NCBI RefSeq assembly: GCF_023055435.1
Contig: NW_025964361.1
Coordinates: 23,064,001-23,128,000 of the forward strand
Reading direction: 5' to 3'
Length of the DNA stretch: 64,000 nt
DNA from: Haliotis rufescens
Taxonomy: Eukaryota
This document shows positions 22,527 to 35,422 of this stretch, in pieces. The first letter of the stretch is position 1; each line of letters starts with the position of its first letter. The notes beneath the pieces are model-generated. The model was not told the origin of the DNA. It did no database searches and saw nothing but the letters and a program-made list of their open reading frames with translations. The translations under genes and the position numbers were made by a program.

Positions 22527-23111
22527 CCGTGCGACATGGCTGTAGACTGTTCCCTCCGTGCAACATGGTTGTAGACTGTTCCCTCCGTGCGACATGGCTG
22601 TAGACTGTTCCCTCCGTGCGACATGGCTGTAGACTGTTCCCTCCGTGCGACATGGCTGTAGACTGTTCTCTCCGTGCGACATGGCTGTACACTGTTCCCT
22701 CCGTGCGACATGGCTGTAGACTGTTCCCTCCGTGCGACATGGCTGTAGACTGTTCTCTCCGTGCGACATGGCTGTAGACTGTTCCCTCCGTGCGACATGG
22801 CTGTAGACTGTTCCCCTTCGTGCGACATGGCTGTAGACTGTTCCCTCCGTGCGACATGGCTGTAGACTGTTCCCTCCGTGCGACATGGCTGTAGACTGTT
22901 CCCTCCGTGCGACATGGCTGTAGACTGTTCCCTCCGTGCGACATGGCTGTAGACTGTTCCCTCCGTGCGACATGGCTGTAGACTGTTCCCTCCGTGCGAC
23001 ATGGCTGTAGACTGTTCCCTCCGTGCGACATGGCTGTAGACTGTTCTCTCCGTGCGACATGGCTGTAGACTGTTCCCTCCGTGCGACATGGCTGTAGACT
23101 GTTCCCTCCGT
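22527..23111. repeat. 29-bp minisatellite (CCGTGCGACATGGCTGTAGACTGTTCCCT), about 20 near-identical copies
   Basis: Tandem units; the three overlapping minus-strand ORFs are cyclic translations of the unit. Confidence 0.97.
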
Positions 23112-23439
23112 GGGCCTAACCCGCCTGTGTTGCCCGCTGCTATGTAACAAGGCCTTGTTTTGGTGTGTGGGCGATCAAGGATTCCGCCATGAAACACTTG
23201 GCAAACAACATGGCACATTTATTGCTTCTCTCAAGTACCAGGGAATATTATATGGCACGATAATAAATGTCAAAGTAACAAATATGATTTAAAGTTTCAA
23301 CGAATATTCAGAGAAAAATATATCCCGGGAGAGCACATCCTTTATTTACATTTTATTCTGTGTCGTACATTACAACGCGAATCGGCTTCTCAAAATACCA
23401 ATGATATGTAACAGAAGATACGCATCACATGCTATACAC

Positions 23440-25075
23440 ATGCATGTAAATACCAATCTGTGACACATCTCAATATCTGCACGAAGATACTAACTGCAAT
23501 ATCATCTCGAGATCTTCACGTATACACCCATCTGTGACACCGTCTCGATATCTACACGTACACATCTATCTGTAATACCATCTTGTTATCTACACGTACA
23601 CATCTATCTGTGACACCATCCCGTTATCTACACGTACACATCTATCTGTGATACCATCTTGATATCTACACGTACACATCTATCTGTCATACCATCTTGA
23701 TATCTACACGTATACATCTATCTGTGACACCATCCCGTTATCTACACGTATACATCATTCTGTGATACCATCTCGATATCTACACGTACACATCTATCTG
23801 TGATACCATCTCGATATCTACACGTACACATCTATCTGTGACACCATCTCGATATCTACACGTATACATCTATCTGTGACACCATCCCGTTATCTACACG
23901 TATACATCATTCTGTGATACCATCTCGATATCTACACGTACACATCTATCTGTGACACCATCTCGATATCTACACGTACACATCTATCTGTGATACAAAT
24001 CTTGATATCTACACGTATACATCTATCTGTGACTACATCTCGTTATCTACACGTATACATCTATCTGTGATACCATCTCGATATCTACACATACACATCT
24101 ATGTGTGATACCATCTTGATATCTACACGTACACATCTATCTGTGATACCATCTTGATATCTACACGTACACATCTATCTGTGATACCATCTCGATATCT
24201 ACACGTATACATCATTCTGTGATACCGTCTCGATATCTACACGTACACATCTATCTGTGATACCATCTCGATATCTACACGTACACATCTATCTGTGATA
24301 CAAATCTTGATATCTACACGTATACATCTATCTGTGACACCATCTCGATATCTACACATACACATCTATGTGTGATACCATCTTGATATCTACACGTACA
24401 CATCTATCTGTGATACAATCTTGATATCTACACGTACACATGTATCTGTGATACCATCTCGTTATCAACACGTATACATCTATGTGTGATACCATCTTGA
24501 TATCTACACGTACACATCTATCTGTGATACCATCTTGATATCTACACGTACACATCTATCTGTGATACCATCTCGATATCTACACGTATACATCATTCTG
24601 TGATACCATCTCGATATCTACATGTACACATCTATCTGTGACACAATCTCGATATCTACACGTACACATCTATCTGTGATACAAATCTTGATATCTACAC
24701 GTATACATCTATCCGTGACACCATCTCGTTATCTACACGTATACATCTATCTGTGATACCATCTCGATATCTACACATACACATCTATGTGTGATACCAT
24801 CTTGATATCTACACGTACACATCTATCTGTGATACAATCTTGATATCTACACGTACACATGTATCTGTGATACCATCTCGTTATCAACACGTATACATCT
24901 ATCTGTGATACCATCTTGATATCCACACGTACACATCTATCTGTGATACCATCTCGAGATCTACACGTACACATGTATCTGTGATACCATCTCGTTATCA
25001 ACACGTATACATCTATCTGTGACACCATCTCGATATCTACATGTACACATCTATCTGTGATACCATCTTGATAAA
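23440..25075. repeat. 38-bp minisatellite (ATCTATCTGTGATACCATCTCGATATCTACACGTACAC), about 42 copies
   Basis: Tandem units are visible. Confidence 0.97.
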
Positions 25076-25122
25076 TAAACGTAAAATCACTGACCCGTCC
25101 CCGCCTTTTGTCTTTATTACAT

Positions 25123-25284
25123 GGGGCGGTCGGGTAGCCTAGTGGTTAAAGCGTTCGCTCGTCACGCCGAAGACCCGGGTTCGATTCCCGACATGGGTAC
25201 AATGTGTGAAGCCCATTTCTGGTGTCCCCCGCCGTGATATTGCTGGAATATTGCTAAAAGCGGCGTAAAACCATACTCACTCAC
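25123..25284 (+). mobile_element. SINE family A, intact copy with 12-bp TSD
   Basis: A box TAGCCTAGTGG, GTC anticodon-like loop, B box GGTTCGATTCC, (ACTC)n tail; TSD TCTTTATTACAT at 25111-25122 and 25285-25296. Confidence 0.95.
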
Positions 25285-28120
25285 TCTTTATTACATACCT
25301 ACTGCATAGTTTAAAGTCAGTGGAGTATTTTACTGGGCTAGTGGTTCAGTTTAAGCTGATGGGTATTTGAAGATCGCCGCATTACTGCCTTTACCCAAGG
25401 TTAGTATGTGATATGTACTGTAGCATCGTACTTGCGTATTTGTATGTGTGTACGGGTATGTGTAGTTGTTGCCGTGTGTTGTTTAACGCCGCACTCAGCA
25501 ATATTCCAGCTATATGACGGCGGTATGTAAATAATCGAGGTGCGTACGCATGTGCATATGTTAGTGCATGCAATGACGTATGTATATGTGGAATGAAATT
25601 TTTAACACATTATTTGAGATGGTGTTTGATTATACATCATAGTTGCTTGTTTACTTCTGCGTTGATGAACGTGTGGTACCATGTATGTATGAATATTTAT
25701 TGAACAGGTCCGTACAGGACTGCATGAGTCACTGAAAACCCAGGCCCACACACGTGCTGAAAGTTTCATATTATATATCTTGTTTGCACATAAGTGATTT
25801 ATATAGATATATATTTTGCAGATACGGCAATAATGACCCTTTTACTTCAAATTTATGGCAGACAACCGATGCCCTACTGCTGCTTTAAAATAACACTATT
25901 TAGTTTCACGTTATTTCAGACAGCTGATGCCAAAATGCGACAGCAGTATATTTTTCCCGAAGACCAGGATTTATATTTTGCCATGGTCACTTCAGACCAC
26001 GTTCCCACAAGACAACAAATATCATATAATATATAACTAAATTAGTCCCAGTGACACTTGCAGAACGATGGAGAGTAAGTAGTGTCCAGTTTAATCCAAC
26101 CCTCTTGTTTGGCGCTCTGAGTTTGGTGTTTAAAATAACCACTTGATAGAGCTCATGTGAATTATAAATTATGAGTATATTGAGTTCAGAAGATTTTTCG
26201 GTCTTTCCAAAATGTTCACTTTGTAACATTAAAACCTATTCTGCTTTCCTTAAGAGACTGATGAAGAGTATTGAAATCTCACATCCCCTATGCTTTGGGT
26301 GAAGATCATGTGCCGTTGTGCTTTGCATGAAGATCGCGTTCCATTATGCTTTCGAGTGATCATGAAGATCATGTGCCTCTATGCGTTCTGTGATTATGCC
26401 ATGCTGCTGCGCTAATGTGTATATCTCGTACCAAAATGCAAGACTATCACCACCGCATGTTTTACAATCGTACAATTGTACAATCGCCTGTGCTTTTGGC
26501 TAAGATTTCTTTGGAATAATGAAGTGTTTTGTCGCTTCTTTCTACATGAAGATCACATCATCTCTTTCTCTCTTGGGCTATTTGGTTTTCTATTTAAATA
26601 AATATTGAATAATTATACACATTTTTGTCTGTCTTCATTGTCGTCATTTACACCGACAGCATCATTGATGTCCAACTGCAGCTGTAACGACACTTAATTT
26701 CAAATTTATTCCAGACAACTAATGACCCACTGCAGAAATAATGGGACAATGTACTATGTAACTTATCTGCGGAATATCCATGCATTATTCGCAATGTTAC
26801 TGCAGAACACGATAACAAACCTTTGCGATGTTGTGTACGTCAGTTAATTCATATTGACGTCAGTTCGCTCATCAAATGTTATATTGGTAAATTTAGCTCC
26901 CATACTCGCTTTCAGTATAAGCTATAACAACACTGCATTCTGTATTTTTTTATGTTTTATCCCCATGTATAAGTTTTTAGATATTGAAATAGGTTTTGTT
27001 CCTTATACCACACAGCCTCTCCGCCAAATACATTACCGTAGTCATTTAAGTACGTTGATAGATTTCTTTAACATTTCGCCACACTGTTCATTCAAACACG
27101 CATCGTTGAAGTACACGATTACTGTAGTCACTCCATTATCTGTTATCGTCTAGCTCTTTAGCTCTAGGAAGTACACATTATAACATCGTCTGCATGATAC
27201 ATTACCGTAGTCAGTAGCAATCAAATGATTGCTACTGAAACTCACTAGTCTCTGATTTAATACCGAGCTTTTTCTCCTACCTTCGGATGAATAATGACAC
27301 TGCTACTTTATTTACCGTATTTGCCGAAATTATGATGTTATAAAAAATATTACTAAATCTACACATATGAATGTTTACCGTCTTTACCAAAGTAAATGTA
27401 ATGTCCCTCGTCTGAACACTCTGCACAGTTTACCGTATATGCCCTACGTATGTATATCTCATTTAATCAACGTGGTGTTAACGTTAGTCATACAATCTTA
27501 CCGTTGTTACTTATGTAGGCATGACATCCCTCACATAGAATAGCCATGTAGGTTGTACGTACACGCTCTATCAAAATGTTAGGATTTCTCAATTTATCTG
27601 TAAACTAATGTTATTTGTCACTGCCGTTACTACTCCAGTAAACGTGTGTCCCTTGTACAATAACTCTGTGAGCATTTACCGCACCCACTCCAATATTACA
27701 TACAGTGCAATTATTCACAGACTTAGATTGAAACTGTATTCGGATATTATTATCATTAATACTACCATTGAATGTCATTATGATATATGAATGTTAAATA
27801 AACCTTGGACCTCTCATCTCACTCCTCTCTTGTTTCAAGGCTAGCTCCCAATAGCTAATTCCCCATATCGGGGCCTGACAATTACGTATTATAAGGTCAC
27901 AGCTGTCTTACTTTCACTCACATCAATGATGATGGTTTTAGCAGATGCAAAGAAAGTGATATGCGGACATGAGTGAATATACCAGTCAAGGATGTTGGAT
28001 TATGTTCGAGAAACTGTTTCTACAGTAAAAATAGAAAATATTTTCTAGTAAAGATATTGTCATGTTATGTGTAATATGTACGTTGTAAAACGCATGTGTT
28101 TGTATATATACTCCGAGCTG

Positions 28121-28230
28121 GGCCCACTTGCACGAAGCGATCTTAGCGCCCAGACTATCGTAAGCCTAGTATGTTAAAGTATGGGAGCTACGATCATCTT
28201 AGCGCTAAGATCGCTTTGTGCAAGTGGGCC
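28121..28230. mobile_element. PIF/Harbinger-type hairpin MITE (TIR GGCCCACTTGCAC, CWG flanks)
   Basis: CTG|GGCCCACTTGCACGAAGCGATCTTAGCGC...GCGCTAAGATCGCTTTGTGCAAGTGGGCC|CAG. Confidence 0.85.
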
Positions 28231-29183
28231 CAGAACGTTAGTCTGTATTTTGATCAGATTTATAAACCCTTAATTCGTCTTGCATAATACTATCTTGTGA
28301 TAACGATGTGTACAGTAATGCACCACATCGCTTATCATTCAGAACATCCGCCACGGTATCCATGATCATAAAACCACACCAACACCTGTTGTGATCAGAC
28401 ATACATGAAGGAACAGGTCAATTGGCTTTGACCAGTATTTTATGACGTGTCCTCGTGGTGTGGGAGGAAAGAACGACGTGGTGCAGGTTCTCACATGGAT
28501 GAAACTCACGAACAAGGGTACATTGCTCACACATGTTTCGGGCAGACAAACCAATGGCTGATATAAAGCGCCAGGTGCCCCATCAGTGTACTATGACAAG
28601 GAATCAAGCCTTGACTAGCCAGCCAGACTGCTATATGTTACTTGGAGCCCATTGTACCCCTGAAACACCACGTGGAGTAGCGAAACACTGGCATGAGAGA
28701 TATTAATGTACGCTATAAAGTCACTATACAAATGCGTGTGTACATGTGTGTCAGATATTTAAATCACCAAATCACAATATGAAATAATATGATCGTGTGT
28801 GCACTTTCGGGTGTCGCTGTTGGAAGCGCCAGTAAAATATATTAAAAAACACACGGAAACATTTGCGCACTGCTAATTCTCTACGACAGCCGTGATCGTA
28901 TCCATGCACAAGAGCCTCCCGGACGATGGAAAGTTTTAAAATAACCACGTTACTCATTCACTTTTATATGGACATGGGAAAGCCAAGCCCGACGTGTAGT
29001 GTTCACCGGGAATTCGTGTTATGTTATTATTACCGTATTGTAAAACGAAGGTCTTGTTGCCTGTATTGTGCCTTGTTCTCATTGTGAATTAATTGTGCAG
29101 CTGGGAGCACGTCCTTTGGTGGTTCAGATCGTCCCATTGATGACCCAGTCCAATCTTTCGTCCAACTTCGCGTCTTGTCCAGA

Positions 29184-29609
29184 TGTTTGTTTGATTGTTG
29201 TTCAACGCCGCACTCAGCAATATTACAGCTACATGACGGCTGTAGTGTATTTATGTTTTATGCGGAATCATAATCCGGAGTAATAACTGCTCCTTTTTGC
29301 AGTGAAACCCCGGTCTTTCCGCCGAGGTCTAACTATGGCGTGTTTGTCGTCTGCTTCAATAAATAGTACATGGTGCCTTGGAAGTACACTCAAACGTCGG
29401 TCTGTAAATAATCGCATATGGACCAGACAATCCAGTGATTGACATCATGAGCATCGATCCACGCAACTGGGATACGATGGCATGCATAAACCAAGTCAGC
29501 GAGCCTGACCACCCGATCCCCTTATATAATTAGTCGCCTCTTACGACAAGCATAGGCGCCTTTTACGGCAAGCGGGGTTGCTGAAGACCTATTCAAACCC
29601 GGATCTTCA
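29184..29609 (-). mobile_element. Family E retroelement copy interrupted by ~150 bp of unrelated sequence (~29242-29393)
   Basis: Reverse-complement match to 17931-18198 on both sides of the interruption. Confidence 0.85.
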
Positions 29610-31539
29610 TGTCCAATTAATGAAAATATAGAACTTAAACACGACAACACCTATCAACCTTAGGCTACGTATCAAAGGCGAATATAATAAAACAATGCAT
29701 TATTTCAATCACGATTAATTAAATCCGAGCACGATCTAAAGAATAGACAACATCACCTAATTTGATAAATCCAGTCTAGCACAGCCAACACAGACCACCA
29801 AATTACTTGTATCTCTCTTATTGGTAAACATCAGGTGAAGTGGATGGATATCAAAGATCTGAAATTTTATATATCTTTTCTTATAAGACATGAAATATAC
29901 ACGATAAATTGAAATGTTTTTGTATAGACATGATATAATTTGTAGTTATATAATATATGCAGACAACAAATAAATAAAATAATATTACATGGCTGGGGGA
30001 TCCTAATGGGTAAAGATTCGTTCGTCATGCCGCACATACAGGTTGAATTCTCTACATATTCAAAATGTGGGCTAGCTCTGACCGAGATAGAGCTTTAATG
30101 TGGAAAAAGCATGTTTTCATTTAATACTTATTTGAGACCTTGACCTTTACTTGACCTTTATTTGAAAGTAATTTTCGTTCAACAAATTCCGTGTAGCTCA
30201 CTGTCCACTTATTTGACATATATGAAGAACGTGAAACATATACCTCTTATAGGAAGTACTATATACGGTCTATAGATGCTCAAAGGCGAAAATATAGTGA
30301 GTATTGTTTAAATCTATGGCAAATTGTAAATAAATAACAATCTTCCTGATATGGATTTTTTGGCTTTATGAACGTAACTGCAGTTTAAACGTAGAACACC
30401 GTTGGTTTAAAATGTGGTCATGCGTATGAGGCGTCAAACAGAAAGTCATGGGGTTGTTAACATAATGTTTCTCCATGGAAAGTGGTGTGTGCAAACCCGG
30501 AAGATTTGGCGATGAGGAGCCACACGGCTTAGCTCCCCTTCCAGCTGCTTTAAGTATCCGATAAATACAAGAAAAGACAATAACCAGGACATTCCCGCGA
30601 AGATTCATTACTGATGTGTAGATCGCCTACTCGTTCCACACTAGTGTCTCACCACCAAGCACCATGCTGACCTGTGTATTTGCCATTTTCCGGTGCCATT
30701 TTGCGATTGGATCAATGACATGATTTGGAAGAATGGGACACAGCCTTATTGATATTGCGTGATAGCAACAAATTCAACAGAATACATCAAAGGTTTCACG
30801 ACTGACAGTAGATCTAAATCGCATAAATTACCACTTGTATTAGGCTATGCATTTGAAGTATCAAACTGCAACTTCATTACAAACAGTTTTTCTTTGATAA
30901 ATTAGTTTTGGATGTGGAAAAGAGAGATAACGTTTTATTCAATCTTGTTTCTATTGAGACTTCGATAGAAAACGCCTCATTGTTTTACTTGAGAAAATTG
31001 GCCTTTCTGGTAGAATACTTTTTGCTTAACGTTCATTTTTTGACAGTGTAAAATGCGAAGTTAAAATAGATCATTTATTGTCTTAACTGTTTCTGATTGT
31101 ACAACTGGTTTAAGACAGGGTTGTATCCTCGGACCGTTGTTATTCTCTCTGTGTCTTAATGAACTAGGAAAACGAAACCCCCCTGCCCAACCGGATGCAT
31201 CCGCCATTACTCGATACAGACAGGAAAATGCAGTTTACACTGGAATAGTTTTCAAGGCTTAAATTTGCCTATGACATTTTGCCCTCACATATACTGCCCT
31301 GGTATTATTAGGCTCGTTCATGATAAGGGTAATCAGGTTACAGGTTTGTCCCCCCTCATACATATGTGTTTAGTGTTTGTTCGTAATATGAACATCCCCG
31401 ATTTAACACTAGGCGTTTTCAAAAGCAGTAATTACATTGACATCATCATGTCAGTGTGACTAGCATATTGATCTTGTGCTTGTTCAGGTTTCTGGCAGGT
31501 AATAAAAAAATAATACACATGAACACAACATGTGTGCAT

Positions 31540-31800
31540 TAGAAGAACATGTAACATAGGTTTGCTTTTAGAAGTGGAAACTTTATTTGCAAGCATCGCC
31601 AGGCGAGCCCTTGGTTTATTAAAAGCCAAATACAGATTACTTGAGGGTATGGAATATAATACATGTACTTAGGTGTACGACTCTATGGTTTGGTCTGTCG
31701 TCGAGTATGGAAATAATATATGGGGTACATCTACATGTCTCGTACAGAAGCGGTGCAGTGCGGTGTTTCTTGGGATTAAGGACATATCATGTGTTTCAGT
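31540..31800 (+). mobile_element. Decayed LINE (CR1/L2 group) ORF2 3' fragment
   Basis: Translates ARRALGLLKAKYRLLEGMEYNTCT*VYDSMVWSVVEYGNNIWG, resembling the post-RT LY.S.V...EYG..IWG motif. Confidence 0.65.
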
Positions 31801-32091
31801 AGAGCTACCAATGGGCCATCAGAAGAAAACATAACATGACTGCAAGAATTCGTAAACAACTAGACAAGTTACAGCTATCCCATGTCATGCCCATTACCAA
31901 CAGATACGGTAGCCATCACATTGTGTCTGAAACACAAAGAATAATGTATAACAATTTTATGTTCCTATGAAATTGATGATAAAAACGCGTTGTATTGAAT
32001 TGTTATATTATGAAGCTGAAAGATCAGAGCTGTTTTTTAGATGCAATGAAGTGTGCTAGAACTTCAGCAATTTAAATAATATTCAGAAAGT

Positions 32092-32415
32092 GAGGTGAAA
32101 GTCGCGTCGTATATAGCGACGTGCATGTACGTGTGTTTGTGTGTGTGTGTGTTGCTGCTTGTACATGTACTTGTCCGGACTGATGCCGATTTATAGTGCT
32201 AGCCCACTGAGATACCATGCCGCAGTTTAACATGAATACCCCACTCTGACACAGCATACTCCGAGCCGACCAGTCCTTGTTTTAGCCCCTTAATGCCGAG
32301 CGCCCGACAGGGTAACAATCGGTACCATCTTTTAACGTCTTTTGGTATGACACGGCCGGGGATCGAACCTCGAACCTTCCGACGGACGCTCTACCTCTAG
32401 ACCACGGAGGCGTTC
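32092..32415 (-). mobile_element. Meta-domain SINE with 12-bp TSD TATTCAGAAAGT
   Basis: Reverse homologue of 19457-19813; TSD at 32080-32091 and 32416-32427. Further partial copies at ~51895-52075(+) and ~56020-56135(-). Confidence 0.9.
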
Positions 32416-35209
32416 TATTCAGAAAGTAGCCAGACCAGATGTATTTTTGCTATCTGCCAAGACCTGCTGTGTCAAATTATCGAATGTGCTATAAAATGGA
32501 TTTTAATGTGAACCTCGTTCGTTTGTAGATTTATTATCTATTTGTATTTTGCTTTTATTGTCTCTTTAATAACTCCGCATGGGGTTGGTCGTTATATTTT
32601 ACTGTGTAGTATTTTTGAATAGTTATGTATGCACTTTTGTTTTTAATTCCTGTATATAACTCAGATGTAAATAGGTGAGATTGTAATAATGTATCTGTCA
32701 ATGAACAATTTATGATAAAACAGTGAATGTGAAAGTAAGTGCTAACACCAGGTGGTAAAAATACGAACGCTTTGTACAGCAGAATATGTTTCGCCGTCAA
32801 TGTGCATCAATGATTTTGAAGTCAGGCTTGTGAGTAAACCAAATTTCAAACATCGTACAACAATGTCATCGTTCCATACCCAGAACGCAATGGCCCTTGG
32901 GATCATGAGTGAGTGAACGATTGAGCTGTTAAGTTTGAAACTGCTTTGAACAGCAATTGAGTTATGTCACGGCCTATCAGCCTGCAGCTGCATGCTTCCA
33001 CCCTATGGACGCGTGAAGAAGTAGTTATATAAGTGATAGCACGGCGCAGTAGCTCAGAGTGACTCTCATGGAAGACTTTGTTCACGCAGGTGAAACAAAT
33101 GATTACGGATATGTTGCTATAAACGAAGAACCATATATGGAGCGAATACGAGATTCGCTTCACGATTAGCAGATCCGGGAACGTCTAAAACACGCAACCT
33201 TGCCCTGCAAATAACGATGCCTAAGACCGCTGACATTTCAAAAAGAGAATGTCTCATGGCGCTCTGTACACACCGACAGTTGAAACACTGTAGCATTCTT
33301 TGCTTGGTGAAAGTTTCTCTCTTGTTATCTGTTTATGGATTTGGAAAGCCCGTTTCTCTGACGACTGAAATGATGTTCAAAATGGTGTTTATTTATGACA
33401 TCAAACATAATTCAGCGAAACAAGGTTGCACACTTTTTCTGTCTCCTTGCAGCTTGGAAATAATGTATAATCAGAAATAGATTAGGAGTTGATCAATTGT
33501 ATGGTCTGTTGTACTTTGTCCCAGAGAACAGAAGTCAAGTGATAAAACCTGGCTCCCACTATCACGTCGTGTAACAGCAACATGGCCCTTCTGTCAGCCT
33601 CATAAATGGAACAGATTTATCTAGCCTTGTGTTAATTCCATTCTGCAAGCAATTTCTGAAAGTGCTGAATCTCGTGTTATCGCCTTGGTTTCTCGATTGC
33701 AGTGCCCGGTTTCCTTGTGCAGGCCACGACGTCTCCGCGTATGGAGAAGCTGGTGTCATCACTACAGTAGGGCCATGGATGCTTCACATCAAATACAAAG
33801 TTCTCTTTTGAAGTGAGTATTTGATGAGTATCATATTTCATTTTCAAAATTGTATGATTGATAATGTTCTGACCGCCTGCAATAGCCGGTATGATTAACA
33901 GCCAATCCCGCCGTAGTTTTCAAGCGTTGGTGTCTGAACGAATTATACGAGTGAGGGAATCTTCCATTCGGGTACTTTTTATTTTGCCTAATGTCATAGT
34001 CTGTAATTGTTTTGAGAACAGTTTTCACGTTATAAAACTAAAAAAATCCAATCATCGCTTGTTCGCTAGCTGTAGGTTCCTTTATCCTCGGGCCGAAACA
34101 TAACTTAATGACAAAATTAGGTTTTGTGCTTCGTTCACGTCCTGAAGGAATGTCATTAACATAGGAACTTTTTATGTAACTATGCAGTTGAAATAGTGCA
34201 TAAAAACATTGAAAAAAACATTGAACTAAATATTGAAAATGTGAAATTGGAAGAGTGATTGAGTGAGTTGGATTCAACGCCGCTGTGAACAATACTTTAT
34301 CACGGCTTGACGTGTAGAAAAGACCGAACGTCTCAGACAGTTACCACTTTGTGCGGGTTGGTGCGAAAAACCTACAGTAGACATATAATCTGAACATAGG
34401 TTTCTGGCATAGCTAAGCAAAACAGCTGTGCACAGCGATTTGTGTCACCTGAGACCACCCGTGTGCCCTATGTTGGAAGATGACCTTGGGGAATGTGAAC
34501 ATGACGTACAACCCAGCTCACTCACTCACTCATTCACGAAATATTTGCCTACAAGGTTGACCTTGGACCATCCGTGACCTCATGGAGTAAACAGTTCCTT
34601 GTCGAGAATGGAGGGTGTGTGGCGAATGCATCCTCTTTCAACCACGTCCTTGACCGGACGAACGTGTTCGGGTGTGTTCCCTGTCTGCCCTGTGCTTTGT
34701 TCAGGTCGACAGCGTGGAGGGTAAGATGATGATTTAACAAAACTTAACAAAACACAAACAAAATACTCAAAACACACAAGAAAACGGACAAAAGGACAGC
34801 AATATATTTTCACATTTTCACATTTTCACAACAAAAAGATTTTAGATCCATTATTTCTTTTCTTCATCTGTGAATAACCACAAGGAGTTGATTTTATCGA
34901 ATGGTAAATATGCAGACGTAAAAACTCCGCAACCCTAAACTAGAATGTTTTAACTGTTTCCCTGTACTTAAGCTGAAATCAATTACGTCTGTACAGTTAA
35001 ATTATGTTTAAGTAGATAGTAGGGAAATTTCTACATCCCCCCCACACAACAGGATGCCCCCCTTCCCCCTAATATCCGTATATTAAATGGTCAGCCCCTT
35101 AATGATACAATTCATTACTGTTGTTTTACGTAATACTATATTCTTTCTATCGTATAGAAACACATATCACATGCAAGCCCTATCGTGACCAATAAGGGAT
35201 ACTGCTACA

Positions 35210-35422
35210 TCGCGAGAAAGCGAGAAAGCCATAAAGAGAGAAAGTGATAAAGCGATAGAGCGAGAGAAAGAGAAAAAGAGAAAGCGATAGATCGAGAAAA
35301 AGAGAAAGCGATAGAGCGAGAAAGGGAGAAAGCGAGAAAGTGATAAAGCGATAGAGCGAGAAAAAGAGAAAGCGATAGAGCGAGAAAGGGAGAAAAAGAG
35401 AAAGCGATAGAGCGGGAAAGCG
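35210..35422. repeat. Purine-rich degenerate repeat (GCGATAGAGCGAGAAA..GAGAAA)n
   Basis: Visible repeat; accounts for the low-complexity part of ORF 35180..35530. Confidence 0.85.

Noticed and set aside
22477-23218. Three minus-strand ORFs of 184-231 aa; superficially CRISPR-like regular repeats
   Set aside because: Head-to-tail 29-bp units with no unique spacers and no cas genes; the ORFs are cyclic permutations of one unit.
25123-25200. Possible tRNA-Asp(GTC) gene
   Set aside because: No proper acceptor stem; continues into a SINE body and tail with a TSD; several dispersed copies.
26255-26280. CTGATGA...GAAA hammerhead-like core
   Set aside because: No convincing stem II or stems I/III can be formed.
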